From assembly GCA_040901985.1 (NCBI GenBank), contig JBBDYC010000002.1, positions 102,457 to 165,654 of the forward strand: a stretch of DNA of 63,198 bases, read 5' to 3'. Source of the DNA: Gemmatimonadaceae bacterium. Lineage in GTDB: Bacteria > Gemmatimonadota > Gemmatimonadetes > Gemmatimonadales > Gemmatimonadaceae. A model generated the notes under the pieces. The model did no database searches, had not been told where the DNA came from, and saw only the letters and a list, made by a program, of their open reading frames with translations. Below are positions 47,874 through 57,542 of the stretch, piece after piece. Both the position numbers and the translations under genes were made by a program. Within the stretch, counting starts at the first letter, position 1; the number at the start of each line of letters is the position of its first letter.

Positions 47874-49532
47874 TCAGTCATCCATATTCGGCCGCACCGT
47901 CGCCCGTGTCGTCGGGTAGGTGATCCCCAGTTGCTCAAGGTACGTCCGGTGCCGCCGCGCATCGTAGTAGAACCGCTGCAACTCCGGCTTAAAGCGCGCC
48001 ATGATCCCGGCGTTCATCCAAATCGGCGGCTGGTCGGTCGGCGAAATGAAGGGCGTGTACGTGATCTCCTTCGTCTGCACGTCGCGGAAATAGCTCCACG
48101 CGTCCGGCACCACCTCCGGCCGCAACAGGATGTCGAGCAGCGTGAGCGCCTGGACCTTTGCGCCCGCCACGGCGCCCTTGTGCGCGATCGGCGTGGCCGA
48201 CGCGATCGAGCTCGACCAGTTGTGGCCGGGGAGGCCGGGAATGTTCGACGGATACCGCAACGTCACGGTCGGGACGTTCCACGACACGTCGCCGATGTCG
48301 TCGGAGCCGCCCCCGCGCCAGGTGGCCGGGTTTACGGGCCCGCCGATCTCGGTGCTGACCGACGTGTCCAACCCGATCTCGCGGCTCCCGAGCTCGCGCT
48401 GCAGCGACTTGGCGAGCGACTGGTCGGCATCGTCCCACCGCGGATGCCCCACCCGCACGATGTTGGCGTGCGTCACCTCGGCGATCGTCTTGTTGAAGTG
48501 GGCGCTCCACCCCGAGCCGACGACCATCACCGTGTCGAGCTCGACGTTCGCCATCATCGCCGCGCCGCGCGCGATCCGCTTGCCGGCCTCGAAGAGGCGC
48601 GAGGTGCTCTCGTAGTCGCGGTCACGGAAGTAGAACCAGATGCTCGCCGTGCTCGGCACGACATTCGGCTGGTCGCCGCCGTCCAGGATGGTGTAGTGTG
48701 AGCGGGTCTGCAGCTCATTGTGCTCGCGCTGGTACTCCCAGCCCGTCCCCATCAGCATCGCCGCGTCGAGCGCCGAGCGTCCGCGCCAGGGCGCGCCGGC
48801 GCCATGGGCGCTCTGCCCGCGGAACCGGAAGATCGCCGACACGAGCGCCGACTGGCCGCTCTGCCCCCACGAGACGCCGAGCGCATTGCCGACGTGCGTG
48901 AAGAGCGCGACGTCGGCGTCCTTGAACAGCCCCTCGCGCACGAGGAACGCCTTGCCGGCCATCTGCTCCTCGGCGATTCCCGGCCAGAGGACTAGCGTGC
49001 CGGAGATTCGCTCGCGGATCATCAGCTCCTTCACGACGAGCGCGGCGGCGATGTTCACCGACTGCCCGGTGTTATGGCCCTCGCCGTGGCCGGGCGCGCC
49101 CGGCACGAGCGCGTCGAAGAAGGCGACGCCCGGCTTGTTGCTCGCCTGCGGGATCCCGTCCACGTCGGAGCCGAGGGTGATCACCGGGCGGCCGGTGCCG
49201 TTGGACCAGCGCGCCACCCAGGCGCTCGGCATCCCGGCATAGCCGCGGGTGATCGCAAAGCCGTTCTGCTCGAGGATCCCGGTCAGGTAACGCTGCGTCT
49301 CGAACTCCTGCATCCCGAGCTCGGCGAACGAGAACTGGTGGTCGATGATCTCCTGGACGAGCTTGGCGCGGGCGTCAATCTTGGTGAGCGCCTCGGCCTT
49401 GAGGCGCTCGAGCCGGGCGGCGTCGGGCGCCTGGGCCTGGAGGAGGGCGCCGGTGGCACTGGCGAGCGCGAAAGCGAATGCGAAGGCGGGCAAGAAGGCG
49501 AGCACAGCGGCTCGGCGGACGAGGCGGATCAT
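47874..49532 (-). CDS. Exported M20 amidohydrolase (AbgB-like)
   Basis: AELG.QE, GHGEGHN, AEE, F.G..AH....PW.GRSALDA, GGDQPNVVP and GSDD.GDVSW motifs; RBS GAGGAG. Confidence 0.85.
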   Translation of the reverse strand: MIRLVRRAAVLAFLPAFAFAFALASATGALLQAQAPDAARLERLKAEALTKIDARAKLVQEIIDHQFSFAELGMQEFETQRYLTGILEQNGFAITRGYAGMPSAWVARWSNGTGRPVITLGSDVDGIPQASNKPGVAFFDALVPGAPGHGEGHNTGQSVNIAAALVVKELMIRERISGTLVLWPGIAEEQMAGKAFLVREGLFKDADVALFTHVGNALGVSWGQSGQSALVSAIFRFRGQSAHGAGAPWRGRSALDAAMLMGTGWEYQREHNELQTRSHYTILDGGDQPNVVPSTASIWFYFRDRDYESTSRLFEAGKRIARGAAMMANVELDTVMVVGSGWSAHFNKTIAEVTHANIVRVGHPRWDDADQSLAKSLQRELGSREIGLDTSVSTEIGGPVNPATWRGGGSDDIGDVSWNVPTVTLRYPSNIPGLPGHNWSSSIASATPIAHKGAVAGAKVQALTLLDILLRPEVVPDAWSYFRDVQTKEITYTPFISPTDQPPIWMNAGIMARFKPELQRFYYDARRHRTYLEQLGITYPTTRATVRPNMDD

Positions 49533-49657
49533 CGAATGGCTCCTCAAGTGGGGATATCCTTGCAGATTACGCGACGGTGAGCGGCGGGGTTGAAGCCACC
49601 GGCGTTCGCAGGCAAGCTGGACACAGCAGCGCACCCCCCTCCCGCGTATCCTCCAAG

Positions 49658-52600
49658 ATGCGACTTTCCCCCGCTTCCCGCCCATTCCGCCTTTTCCACC
49701 TGTCTCGCCTTTCCCGCCGCCTGCACCGCTGGGGGGCGCTCGCCTTGGCGCTTCCGATTGTCTTCGTGGCCGCGTCGGGAATCCTGCTGCAGGTGAAAAA
49801 GCAGGTGGCGTGGGTGCAACCGACCGAACTGCGGACCGACGCCCGAGAGCCGGTGGTGGACTGGGCGACAGTGTTGCGGAATGCACAGGCCGTCCCCGAG
49901 GCCGGCGTACAAAGCTGGGTCGACGTGGACCGCGTGGACCTGCGCCCGGCGAAGGGGATGCTCAAGCTTGTCTCGACGACACGGTGGGAGTTGCAGATGA
50001 ACATCGCCGACGGGAGCGTGCTCCAATCCACCTACCGCCGCTCGGACCTGATCGAGTCGTTGCACGATGGCTCGTTCTTCGGTAGCGGCGTGAAGCTCGG
50101 GGTCTTCCTTCCGACCGGACTGGTGCTCCTCGGGCTCTGGCTGACAGGGATCTACCTCTGGATACTGCCGTATCGCACGAGGCGCCGGCGGGCGCGTCTT
50201 GCAACGGAAGCGGCCCGTGCGCTGGTGCTCGTTGCCGCGTTCGGTGCGTTCGGATCGGTCAGTGCGCAGGGGCGCGCCCGTACGCCCGCGCCCTATGTGC
50301 CCGACGCCACTTGGGAGCGCCGCTCTCCCGCCGCGATGGGCGTGGACAGCGCGCGCCTCGCCGCGGCGATCGCCTTTGCCGTGGAACAGGAGGCCAGCGC
50401 GCCGCGCGACATGGAGGAGAGCCACTACCGGTCGTTCGGCCGCAGCGAGCCCTTCGGCCAGGGGATCGGCCCGTTCAAGCCGCGCGGCGAACCGAGCGGC
50501 GTGATCCTCCGCGGCGGCTACGTGATTGCCAGTTGGGGCGAGCCGGATCGCGTGGATATGACGCACTCCGTCACCAAGAGCTTCCTCTCGGCGGTGGTCG
50601 GCCTGGCGGTGGACCGCGGGCTGATCGCCTCGGTGCGCGACACCGTCTGGAAGTCGCAGGCGCCGGTCCAGCCGCTGCGCACCGCGGCGAGCGCCGAGCC
50701 GGGCGCACGCTTTGGTGAGCCGATGCTCCTCGACCCGTGGGCGACGCCGCACAATCGCACGATCATCTGGGACGACTTGCTGCGGCAGACGAGCGACTGG
50801 GAAGGGACGCTCTGGGGCAAGCCGGAGTGGGCGGACCGCCCGTCGCCGAACCCGAGCGAGTGGCGCACGCGCGCGCGGCGGCCGGCCGGCACGGCGTACG
50901 AGTACAACGACGTGCGGGTGAACGCCCTCGCCCTTGCGGCGACGAACATCTGGCGCCGTCCGCTCCCCGAGGTGCTCGATGAATTCGTGATGACGCCGAT
51001 CGGCGCCTCGCGCACCTGGCGATGGAACGGCTACGACAATGCCTGGATCACGCTCGATGGCCGCGCCGTGCAGTCGGTGAGCGGGGGCGGGCATTGGGGC
51101 GGCGGGATGTTCATCAACGCCTGGGACATGGCACGCTTCGGCCTGCTGACGCAGCGGCGCGGCGTCTGGGGCGACCGCCGGATCCTCTCCGAGGAGTGGG
51201 TGCGCCTCTCCCTCACGCCGACGGCACCCCAGCCGACCTACGGCTATATGAACTGGTTCCTCAACACCGACCGCCGATGGATGCCGAGCGCACCGGCGAG
51301 TGCGTTCGGGCACGTGGGGAACGGGACGAATCTCATCTTCGTGGCGCCGGAACAGGACCTGGTGGTCGTCGTGCGGTGGATCGAGAACCGCGCGGTGGAC
51401 GAGTTCCTGCGCAAGGTGTTCGCGGCGCTGGCGCAGCAGCCGGAGTGGTCGCTCCTCATCCGCAACGGGACAATCATTGACGGCACCGGCGCCGCCGGGT
51501 ACCGCGGCGATGTCGCCGTGCGCGGCGACCAGATCGTCGCGCTCTCCCGCACGCCGCTCGACGCCGCGCGCGCGGCGCGCGTGGTGAACGCCGACGGCCT
51601 GGTCGTCGCGCCGGGATTCATTGACCTGCACGCGCACCTCGAGCCGCTGCTGCGGATGCCCGACGCGCGGAGCCACGTGACCCAGGGCGTGACGCTCGCG
51701 CTCGGCGGTCCCGACGGGAGCGGGCCGCTGCCGCTTGGCGCCTATCTCGACTCGGCGCAACGCGCCGGCCTCGGAATGAACGTCGCCTATCTCGTGGGGC
51801 ACAACAGCGTGCGGCGCGCCGTGTTGGGCACCGCGGACCGCGCGCCGAACGCCGAGGAACTCGCGCGGATGGTGACGCTGGTCCGCCAGGGGATGGGGGA
51901 CGGCGCCTTTGGCATCAGCACCGGCCTTCGCTACGTGCCCGGCTTCTATGCGAAGACCGACGAGGTCATCGTGCTGTCGCGCGCCGCCGCTGACTCGGGC
52001 GGCTTCTACACGTCGCATCTGCGCGAGGAAGGCCTCGGACTCTTCGATGGCGTCGGCGAGGCGATCACCATCGCGCGCGAGGCACGGATCCCGGTGGTGC
52101 TCACGCACCACAAGGCCGTCGGCCCGCCGATGTGGGGGAAGAGCGTCGAGACGCTGCGGATGGTGGATTCCGCGCGCGCGGCCGGGCTCGACGTAATGAT
52201 TGACCAGTATCCATATACGGCGACGTCAACGGGGCTCTCCGTGCTGATCCCGCCCTGGGCGCTCGCTGGCGGCGCGGCCGCGTTCCGGGCCCGCGCGGCC
52301 GACCCGGCGCTCCGCGACAGCATTGCGCGCGGCGTGGTGGAGTTCCTGCGCACCGACCGCGGTGGCGGCGACACCCGGCGCGTGCAGTTCGGGCGCGTCT
52401 CCTGGGACGCGACCCTCGAGGGGCGCACGCTGTTTGACTGGGCCGAGCGGCGCGGTGTGGGACCGTCGCTCGAGGCGGCGGCGGCACTGGTGATCGAAGG
52501 CGAACTCAATGGCGGCGCGTCAATGGTCTACCACGTCCTCGACGAATCCGACGTGCGCCGGATCATGCAGCATCCGCAGACGATGATTGCGAGCGATGGC

Positions 52601-52957
52601 CGGCTGACGCGGCCGGGCGAGGGCGTGCCACACCCGCGCGCGTACGGGACGTTCCCCCGCGTGCTCGGACATTATGTGCGCGACGAGCGCGTGCTGACGC
52701 TCGAGCAGGCGGTGCACAAGATGACCGGGCTGCCGGCGCGGCGACTCGGGCTCGAGCGGCAGCGCGGCTGCCTTGCCGTGGGATGCGCGGCGGACCTGAC
52801 GCTGTTCGACGCGGCGCGCGTGGGAAGTCCGGCGACATTTGCTGATCCGCACCGGTATGCGGTGGGAATCAGCTATGTGTTCGTGAACGGGGAGGCGGTG
52901 GTGGATGATGGAGAGTTCACGCGGGCGAGACCTGGGCGGGCGCTGCGGCGACGTTAG
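49658..52957 (+). CDS. Triple fusion: PepSY-associated TM domain, beta-lactamase-family serine hydrolase, N-acyl-D-amino acid deacylase
   Basis: RRLHRW...SGILL...LHDGSFF...LTGIYLW; SVTK and YEYND; PGFIDLHAH, SHLREE, SDG and HPRAYGTFPRVLG. One uninterrupted frame; start uncertain. Confidence 0.8.
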   Translation: MRLSPASRPFRLFHLSRLSRRLHRWGALALALPIVFVAASGILLQVKKQVAWVQPTELRTDAREPVVDWATVLRNAQAVPEAGVQSWVDVDRVDLRPAKGMLKLVSTTRWELQMNIADGSVLQSTYRRSDLIESLHDGSFFGSGVKLGVFLPTGLVLLGLWLTGIYLWILPYRTRRRRARLATEAARALVLVAAFGAFGSVSAQGRARTPAPYVPDATWERRSPAAMGVDSARLAAAIAFAVEQEASAPRDMEESHYRSFGRSEPFGQGIGPFKPRGEPSGVILRGGYVIASWGEPDRVDMTHSVTKSFLSAVVGLAVDRGLIASVRDTVWKSQAPVQPLRTAASAEPGARFGEPMLLDPWATPHNRTIIWDDLLRQTSDWEGTLWGKPEWADRPSPNPSEWRTRARRPAGTAYEYNDVRVNALALAATNIWRRPLPEVLDEFVMTPIGASRTWRWNGYDNAWITLDGRAVQSVSGGGHWGGGMFINAWDMARFGLLTQRRGVWGDRRILSEEWVRLSLTPTAPQPTYGYMNWFLNTDRRWMPSAPASAFGHVGNGTNLIFVAPEQDLVVVVRWIENRAVDEFLRKVFAALAQQPEWSLLIRNGTIIDGTGAAGYRGDVAVRGDQIVALSRTPLDAARAARVVNADGLVVAPGFIDLHAHLEPLLRMPDARSHVTQGVTLALGGPDGSGPLPLGAYLDSAQRAGLGMNVAYLVGHNSVRRAVLGTADRAPNAEELARMVTLVRQGMGDGAFGISTGLRYVPGFYAKTDEVIVLSRAAADSGGFYTSHLREEGLGLFDGVGEAITIAREARIPVVLTHHKAVGPPMWGKSVETLRMVDSARAAGLDVMIDQYPYTATSTGLSVLIPPWALAGGAAAFRARAADPALRDSIARGVVEFLRTDRGGGDTRRVQFGRVSWDATLEGRTLFDWAERRGVGPSLEAAAALVIEGELNGGASMVYHVLDESDVRRIMQHPQTMIASDGRLTRPGEGVPHPRAYGTFPRVLGHYVRDERVLTLEQAVHKMTGLPARRLGLERQRGCLAVGCAADLTLFDAARVGSPATFADPHRYAVGISYVFVNGEAVVDDGEFTRARPGRALRRR
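49664..49717. repeat. Degenerate 9-bp tandem repeat (6 units, ctttcccgc consensus)
   Basis: ctttccccc gcttcccgc ccattccgc cttttccac ctgtctcgc ctttcccgc. Confidence 0.55.
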
Positions 52958-53228
52958 GGTACTTTGGACGTCGCCCGCTCCTCCAAGGGCTTGCTCAGCC
53001 GCATCGCGTCGTCGTCCGTGCGAATCACCCGCGGCGTAATGAAAATGAAGAGCTCTGTTTCTGTCGTGCGCCGTTCGGCCGACCCAAAGAGCCCTCCGAG
53101 TAACGGAATCGCCGAGAGAAGCGGGAGCCCACGCTGAGAAACGTCATGCTGGCGGTCGGTGAGGCCACCGAGGGCGACTGTTTGTCCATCGCGCACGAGA
53201 AGTTGTGTCTGCACGCTTCGAGTGGAGA
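52954..53228 (-). pseudogene. C-terminal fragment of a secretin (GspD/PilQ family), cut by IS3
   Basis: TRSVQTQLLVRDGQTVALGGL...GLPLLSAIPLLGGLFGS...TELFIFITPRVI; the upstream part is replaced by the IS end. Confidence 0.88.
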
Positions 53229-53259
53229 TGGAGTTCACCCGCCATAGTGGACAGCCAAG

Positions 53260-54132
53260 TTAGCCTGCCCTGAGCAACTGCGTTTCATATTGCACGGGCG
53301 ATCGAAAGCCCAGCGACGAGTGTTGTCGCTCCCGATTGTACCATACGTCGATGAACTCGGCGACGGCGCGTCGCGCCGCCTCCCGCGTGTCGAAGGGCCC
53401 GTCGTCCAACAGCTCCTTCGTGAGCGTCGCGAAGAAGCTCTCGACCACCGCGTTGTCCCAGCAGTCGCCCTTGCGGCTCATGCTGCCGGCGAGTCCGCCG
53501 TCGCGGAGCGCGCGCTGATATGCCACGCTCGCGTACTGTGAGCCGCGGTCGGAGTGATGCAGCACACCGCACGCGTTCCGCTGACGGCGCGCCATCTGCA
53601 ACGCGGCGAGCGCCAGCTCGTGGTCGAGCCGCACACTCGCGCCCCAGCCCACCACGCGGCGCGACGCCAGATCCACCACCACGGCGAGATAGAGCCAGCC
53701 CTCGCGCGTCGGCACGTACGTGATGTCCGCCGCCCAGCGCCGGTTGAGCCCCGGTTGTTCGTGCACCGCAAAGCGTCGCGCGAGCACGTTTGGTGCCACC
53801 GGCTGCGCGTGCGCCGAGTTCGTCGTCACCACGAAGCGGTGCGCTCCCTTCGCGCGCAGGCCCGCGACGCGCATCAGCCGCGCCACGCGCTTCTCGCTGC
53901 ACTGATGCCCCGCCGCGCGGAGCTCGCGGCAGAGCCGCGGACTCCCGTAGCGCCGCCGGAGGCGGTAGAACTGCTGCCGCACGTGCACCAGGAGCGCCGC
54001 ATCGGCCTGCTTCCGCAACCCAAACGGTTCGGCACGCCACTTGTAGAAGCCAGCCCTCGACACCTGCAGCACCCGGCACATCGTGGTGATGCGCCAAGTG
54101 GTGGCGTGCGCATGGATGAACGCGTATCTCAC
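53260..54132 (-). CDS. IS3 transposase OrfB (integrase core)
   Basis: YGSPR, WAADITY, HHSDRGSQY, CWDNAVVESFF and YN..R.HSSLG..SP motifs. Confidence 0.93.
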   Translation of the reverse strand: MRYAFIHAHATTWRITTMCRVLQVSRAGFYKWRAEPFGLRKQADAALLVHVRQQFYRLRRRYGSPRLCRELRAAGHQCSEKRVARLMRVAGLRAKGAHRFVVTTNSAHAQPVAPNVLARRFAVHEQPGLNRRWAADITYVPTREGWLYLAVVVDLASRRVVGWGASVRLDHELALAALQMARRQRNACGVLHHSDRGSQYASVAYQRALRDGGLAGSMSRKGDCWDNAVVESFFATLTKELLDDGPFDTREAARRAVAEFIDVWYNRERQHSSLGFRSPVQYETQLLRAG

Positions 54133-54422
54133 CGCGCATCCCTGGCGAAGAAGGCCGTCGCTTTTTTTAGGATCTCGCGCTCCTCCTTCAGGCGCGCGTT
54201 CTCGCGCCGGAGCACGCGGTTCTCCTCCGCCAGCGTCGGCGGGCGCTGATCCGGCGGCGCGTACCCCGCCACGCGCGCATCGCGCCGCCAATTGCGGAGC
54301 GTCTCCACATGGACCCCCAGTTCCTGCGCGAGCGCCCGGATGGGGGTCGTGCCCTCCTGCACCCGACGCAGCGCCTCCTCGCGGAACTCGATACTGTACG
54401 CCTTCGGCTGTGCCTTCTTCAT
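54129..54422 (-). CDS. IS3 transposase OrfA
   Basis: YS.EFREEA, HTH and EREILKKATAFFA; RBS AGGAGG. Confidence 0.92.
   Translation of the reverse strand: MKKAQPKAYSIEFREEALRRVQEGTTPIRALAQELGVHVETLRNWRRDARVAGYAPPDQRPPTLAEENRVLRRENARLKEEREILKKATAFFARDAR
54161..54168 (-). other. Programmed -1 frameshift site (A7G) joining OrfA and OrfB
   Basis: Minus strand CTAAAAAAAG in the OrfA/OrfB overlap, canonical for the IS3 family. Confidence 0.8.
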
Positions 54423-54488
54423 GGAACACCTCCTGTCCGGAATCTCCGTCCGGACCGTTGCGGTGTCCACTAAATCGGGTGAACATCA

Positions 54489-54537
54489 CCTTTCGCAGGG
54501 TCGGCCACGACGATATGACTGCGGAGATCACAGATGA
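54489..54537 (+). pseudogene. Last about 15 codons of an Rhs toxin C-terminus, truncated by IS3
   Basis: LSQGRPRRYDCGDHR* matches the end of the 60450-61070 toxin (HSQGRPRRYACGTH*); ATGA overlap with the next gene. Confidence 0.7.
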
Positions 54538-55052
54538 CGTCGCAAGTCCGAACAAGGGAGATTCCGCGCGAAGGGATTGTGACGCTAGGAACGTCGACGA
54601 GGTTGACCGTCTCCCTTCGCGGAGTCGGCATCGCCGTTGCCCTATTTGTCATCGCGAGTTCTTGCGTCAGGCCACCAACTCCTGTCATCACGCCTCCCCC
54701 GCTGGAACTTGATCCGGGTTGCGTTCCGATTTCGTTCGAGCATGGCGGGATTCGCGCGCGCGAACCGGATATTGAAGGCCTTCGGGACTCCGCCGGAGTA
54801 TTCTTTGGGATCGTCGTTGACAATGGTTCGGGATTTGCCCTTCCCGGTGCGTCCGTATCGGTGCACGGAGTTGTAGAGCGACGCGCCCGTAGCACCACGA
54901 CAGGAGGATTCGTGCTGACGGGCCTCCCGCCGGGCCGCTACGAGGTATGGGTTCGATCGATCGGGTACCATCCGACTAGAGATTCGATATTGGTGGCACG
55001 AGTCGCTTCGGTCTCAAAATTCTTTCGCCTTCAGGCCGTCAGTTGCCACTGA
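54534..55052 (+). CDS. Putative immunity lipoprotein with carboxypeptidase-regulatory-like domain
   Basis: Hydrophobic stretch plus ASSC; G.V.D..SG..LPGA.V...GGF...GLPPG.Y; paralog of 59953-60450. Confidence 0.7.
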   Translation: MTSQVRTREIPREGIVTLGTSTRLTVSLRGVGIAVALFVIASSCVRPPTPVITPPPLELDPGCVPISFEHGGIRAREPDIEGLRDSAGVFFGIVVDNGSGFALPGASVSVHGVVERRARSTTTGGFVLTGLPPGRYEVWVRSIGYHPTRDSILVARVASVSKFFRLQAVSCH

Positions 55053-55243
55053 TCGCGGAGACCGTGATGATTTGAGGGCGGCGGCGAGGGCGGCTTGGGG
55101 CGCACCATTCACGTACTCCAGCCGAGTACGCTCGATTCACCACCTCAGCACCCGCGAGGCCCCCCGATTGTCAGCATAGGACTGGACTCAAGTCGGGGGG
55201 AATCCCGTGCGCCCACACACTCCAAATCGAAGACGAGTGAGAC

Positions 55244-55729
55244 ATGAGAACCCTCGGCGCTTGGCGCGTTGTTGCCTCTGCCATCATCATCGTAGTCCTC
55301 TCGGGACCTGCGTGCTCACAACAAGCGAGTATGCGACGAGCGTATGAACGCGCTGGGGCGCCCCCACCTTCCTTCCCGTCGCGAAGCGAGAGGCGCGCAA
55401 TAGAGGCACTAGTTCGCGAGTTTTGGACTGCCGCGCAGGCACGTGACTCAATTCGCATCGATGCGTTGTCGAGCTCGCGCGCGCCATTGGAATACGTTGG
55501 TGCCTTCTTTTTTGGCGGGAGTTGGCTCGATGTTCCGTACGATCACCTCGATGTACTTCAGCCGTATAAGCCTGCGAGCCCAAGTAATCACTATGTAGTG
55601 CAGGTCACCCTTCCGAGGCAAGCTTGCCCACCGCAGTATGGTTTGAAACGCCAGAAAGAGTTCGTGTTCGAAGTCATTGAGGCTGAGGGGCGTTTCCTCG
55701 TCGCGCGAGTCGGAAGTGATCCCTGCTAG
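55244..55729 (+). CDS. Orphan lipoprotein, possibly NTF2-like; putative immunity protein
   Basis: Signal plus GPAC; AIEALVREFWTAAQARDS resembles AEATMRAWLSAVARGDS in 57153-57542. Confidence 0.55.
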   Translation: MRTLGAWRVVASAIIIVVLSGPACSQQASMRRAYERAGAPPPSFPSRSERRAIEALVREFWTAAQARDSIRIDALSSSRAPLEYVGAFFFGGSWLDVPYDHLDVLQPYKPASPSNHYVVQVTLPRQACPPQYGLKRQKEFVFEVIEAEGRFLVARVGSDPC

Positions 55730-55957
55730 TGTGATGCGCCGGAGATCGCTCTAGCGAATTGGCTGTGAGCTGCTCCTGATTCTGCGGACGGGAACTTGGC
55801 CAACGGCGCCGCATTTTGTCGCCAAGATGATCCGTAGTCGATTCCATCGCGAAAGCCACTACGTTACCATCCCCGCTCCCCTTCGTCTCTCCGCCTACGA
55901 GGTGCGCCGCCGGAGTGACCGGACAGGTGCCCCGCCCTCTCTCCACGCGGAGACACC

Positions 55958-56995
55958 GTGCGTATCGAAGTCGCGCTCGACCAGCATCTGACAGACCTCC
56001 GCGCCATTGGCGCAGCACCAAGCACGACTTCGGGCCGTCGCAATCTACTCAAGTCATTTGTCGCCTATTGCGAGGCGACTGGTGTCACCACGATCGGCGC
56101 ACTGACGTACGCAGTCGCAACCAACTACCAACGGCACCTCTCTGACGTCCGCAACGCCAACGATATCACGTGCTCGATCGGCGGCCAGCGCAATCGCCTC
56201 GTCGCCCTCCGCATGTTTGCCCGATGGGCCGTGCGAACGGGTCTTCTAGATGCGGACCCAACATCAGCCCTCGTCCTTCCCCGACTGCCGCACCGACTGC
56301 CGCAGTCCGTGCTGACATCGAGTGAGGCTGAGCGGGTCCTCGCAGTTCCCGACGTCACCACGCGTCTTGGTCTCCGCGACCGCGCGATCCTCGAACTCCT
56401 CTACTCCTCAGGAATCCGGCGACTCGAACTCATCGCAATCGACATCCCTGATCTCGACCTCGCCCGTGGCGTTCTCTTTATTCGCCTTGGCAAAGGACGA
56501 AAAGACCGGTACGTCCCTGTTGGACAACGCGCACTGGGATGGATCGACCGCTACCTGAGCCGAGCCCGGCCGCAGTTGGTACATCGAACAGATCCCGCCG
56601 CGCTGTTCATAGGAAAGCGCGGCACACGACTGAGCCGCTCACGGATCACGGAACGGATGCATGGTTATCTTGCCGAATCCGGAGTGGCGAAACCCGGAAG
56701 CTGTCACGTGTGGCGCCACACGATGGCCACACTGATGCACGAACGTGGTGCGGACATCCGCGACCTTCAGGTGCTGCTCGGCCATTCACAACTCTCCACT
56801 ACCGCGATCTACACCCATATTTCCACGGAGCGCCTTCAGGAGGTGCACCGGCGAACACCCCCCACCGCGCGCGCAATACACAGCCACACACCGGCACCGC
56901 TCACCACCGAGACCTCAGTCTCCGGCCGGAGTCCGCATGGACCGGAACCGATCACGCAGGCCTCGAACTCGCACGCTGGATGGATCGAGTGCTAG
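55958..56995 (+). CDS. XerC/XerD-like tyrosine recombinase
   Basis: N-terminal SAM-like domain; full catalytic set: R (GIRR), K (GKGRKDR), HxxR (HVWRH), H (LGH), Y (IYTH). Confidence 0.92.
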   Translation: MRIEVALDQHLTDLRAIGAAPSTTSGRRNLLKSFVAYCEATGVTTIGALTYAVATNYQRHLSDVRNANDITCSIGGQRNRLVALRMFARWAVRTGLLDADPTSALVLPRLPHRLPQSVLTSSEAERVLAVPDVTTRLGLRDRAILELLYSSGIRRLELIAIDIPDLDLARGVLFIRLGKGRKDRYVPVGQRALGWIDRYLSRARPQLVHRTDPAALFIGKRGTRLSRSRITERMHGYLAESGVAKPGSCHVWRHTMATLMHERGADIRDLQVLLGHSQLSTTAIYTHISTERLQEVHRRTPPTARAIHSHTPAPLTTETSVSGRSPHGPEPITQASNSHAGWIEC

Positions 56996-57074
56996 TGCTT
57001 GAGTTGCCCACGAGAGCTTGTTCCCAGCATCCCAACTCGTGCAAGAATCTGCGAATCGTCACGGGCACCGTGAA

Positions 57075-57118
57075 TGGAGTTCGCCCTCTCCAATGAATAG
57101 CCAAGTTAGCCTGCCCTG
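57075..57118 (-). mobile_element. Isolated degenerate IS3 right end
   Basis: tggagttcgccctctccaatgaatagccaagttagcctgccctg aligns without gaps to 53229-53272. Confidence 0.8.
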
Positions 57119-57152
57119 TAGCCCGAGACTTTTATAGCGACGATCCGACGAA

Positions 57153-57542
57153 CTACGGAGAGTCTAGGTTAAGCGGCGCGGCCATAATCAACCGCCACGC
57201 GCCAGTTCGCCGCTCCAAAGCTGCCCCGTATCTCCTCTCAAGGTCGAGCGCCAACCTGAACTCTACAAAAGCGGAGTCGCCCGTCTGAAAGAGCGTTTGC
57301 AGTACAATGGTACTGTCGGCTGCCCGCCGATTACCGAGCGTACTATCACGCAGAAGAGTGCGCGCCAGCGCGATCCCGGAACCGCCGTGCGTCAATGAAT
57401 CCAACGCAACAGAGTCCCCGCGGGCGACAGCAGAGAGCCAGGCTCGCATCGTGGCCTCCGCAGGAGAGTCTGGCTTAGCCTGAGCTGAGTGGCATGCCCC
57501 GAAGAGTATCGTGGCGGCCACTAGTGGTATCAGTACTTGCAT
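57153..57542 (-). CDS. Putative immunity lipoprotein (NTF2-like)
   Basis: Lipobox LFGAC; start overlaps the toxin stop; C-terminal LERRTGAWRL. Confidence 0.65.
   Translation of the reverse strand: MQVLIPLVAATILFGACHSAQAKPDSPAEATMRAWLSAVARGDSVALDSLTHGGSGIALARTLLRDSTLGNRRAADSTIVLQTLFQTGDSAFVEFRLALDLERRYGAALERRTGAWRLIMAAPLNLDSP

Larger units (their letters stand above)
53229..54488 (-). mobile_element. IS3-family insertion sequence (1260 bp)
   Basis: TG...CA ends; IRs TGGAGTTCACCCGCCATAGTGGACA and TGATGTTCACCCGATTTAGTGGACA; no flanking direct repeat. Confidence 0.92.

Noticed and set aside
52830..52957. Apparent codon-usage shift at the 3' end of the fusion gene as an integration-site replacement
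   Set aside because: Too short to judge by eye, and no duplicate 3' end or att repeat was found in the window.
55053..55243. Possible additional toxin stub upstream of 55244
   Set aside because: No frame gave a recognisable Rhs or toxin motif.
55958..56995. Housekeeping chromosome-dimer resolvase xerC/xerD
   Set aside because: Atypical codon usage and island context point to a mobile-element recombinase, so no gene symbol was assigned.
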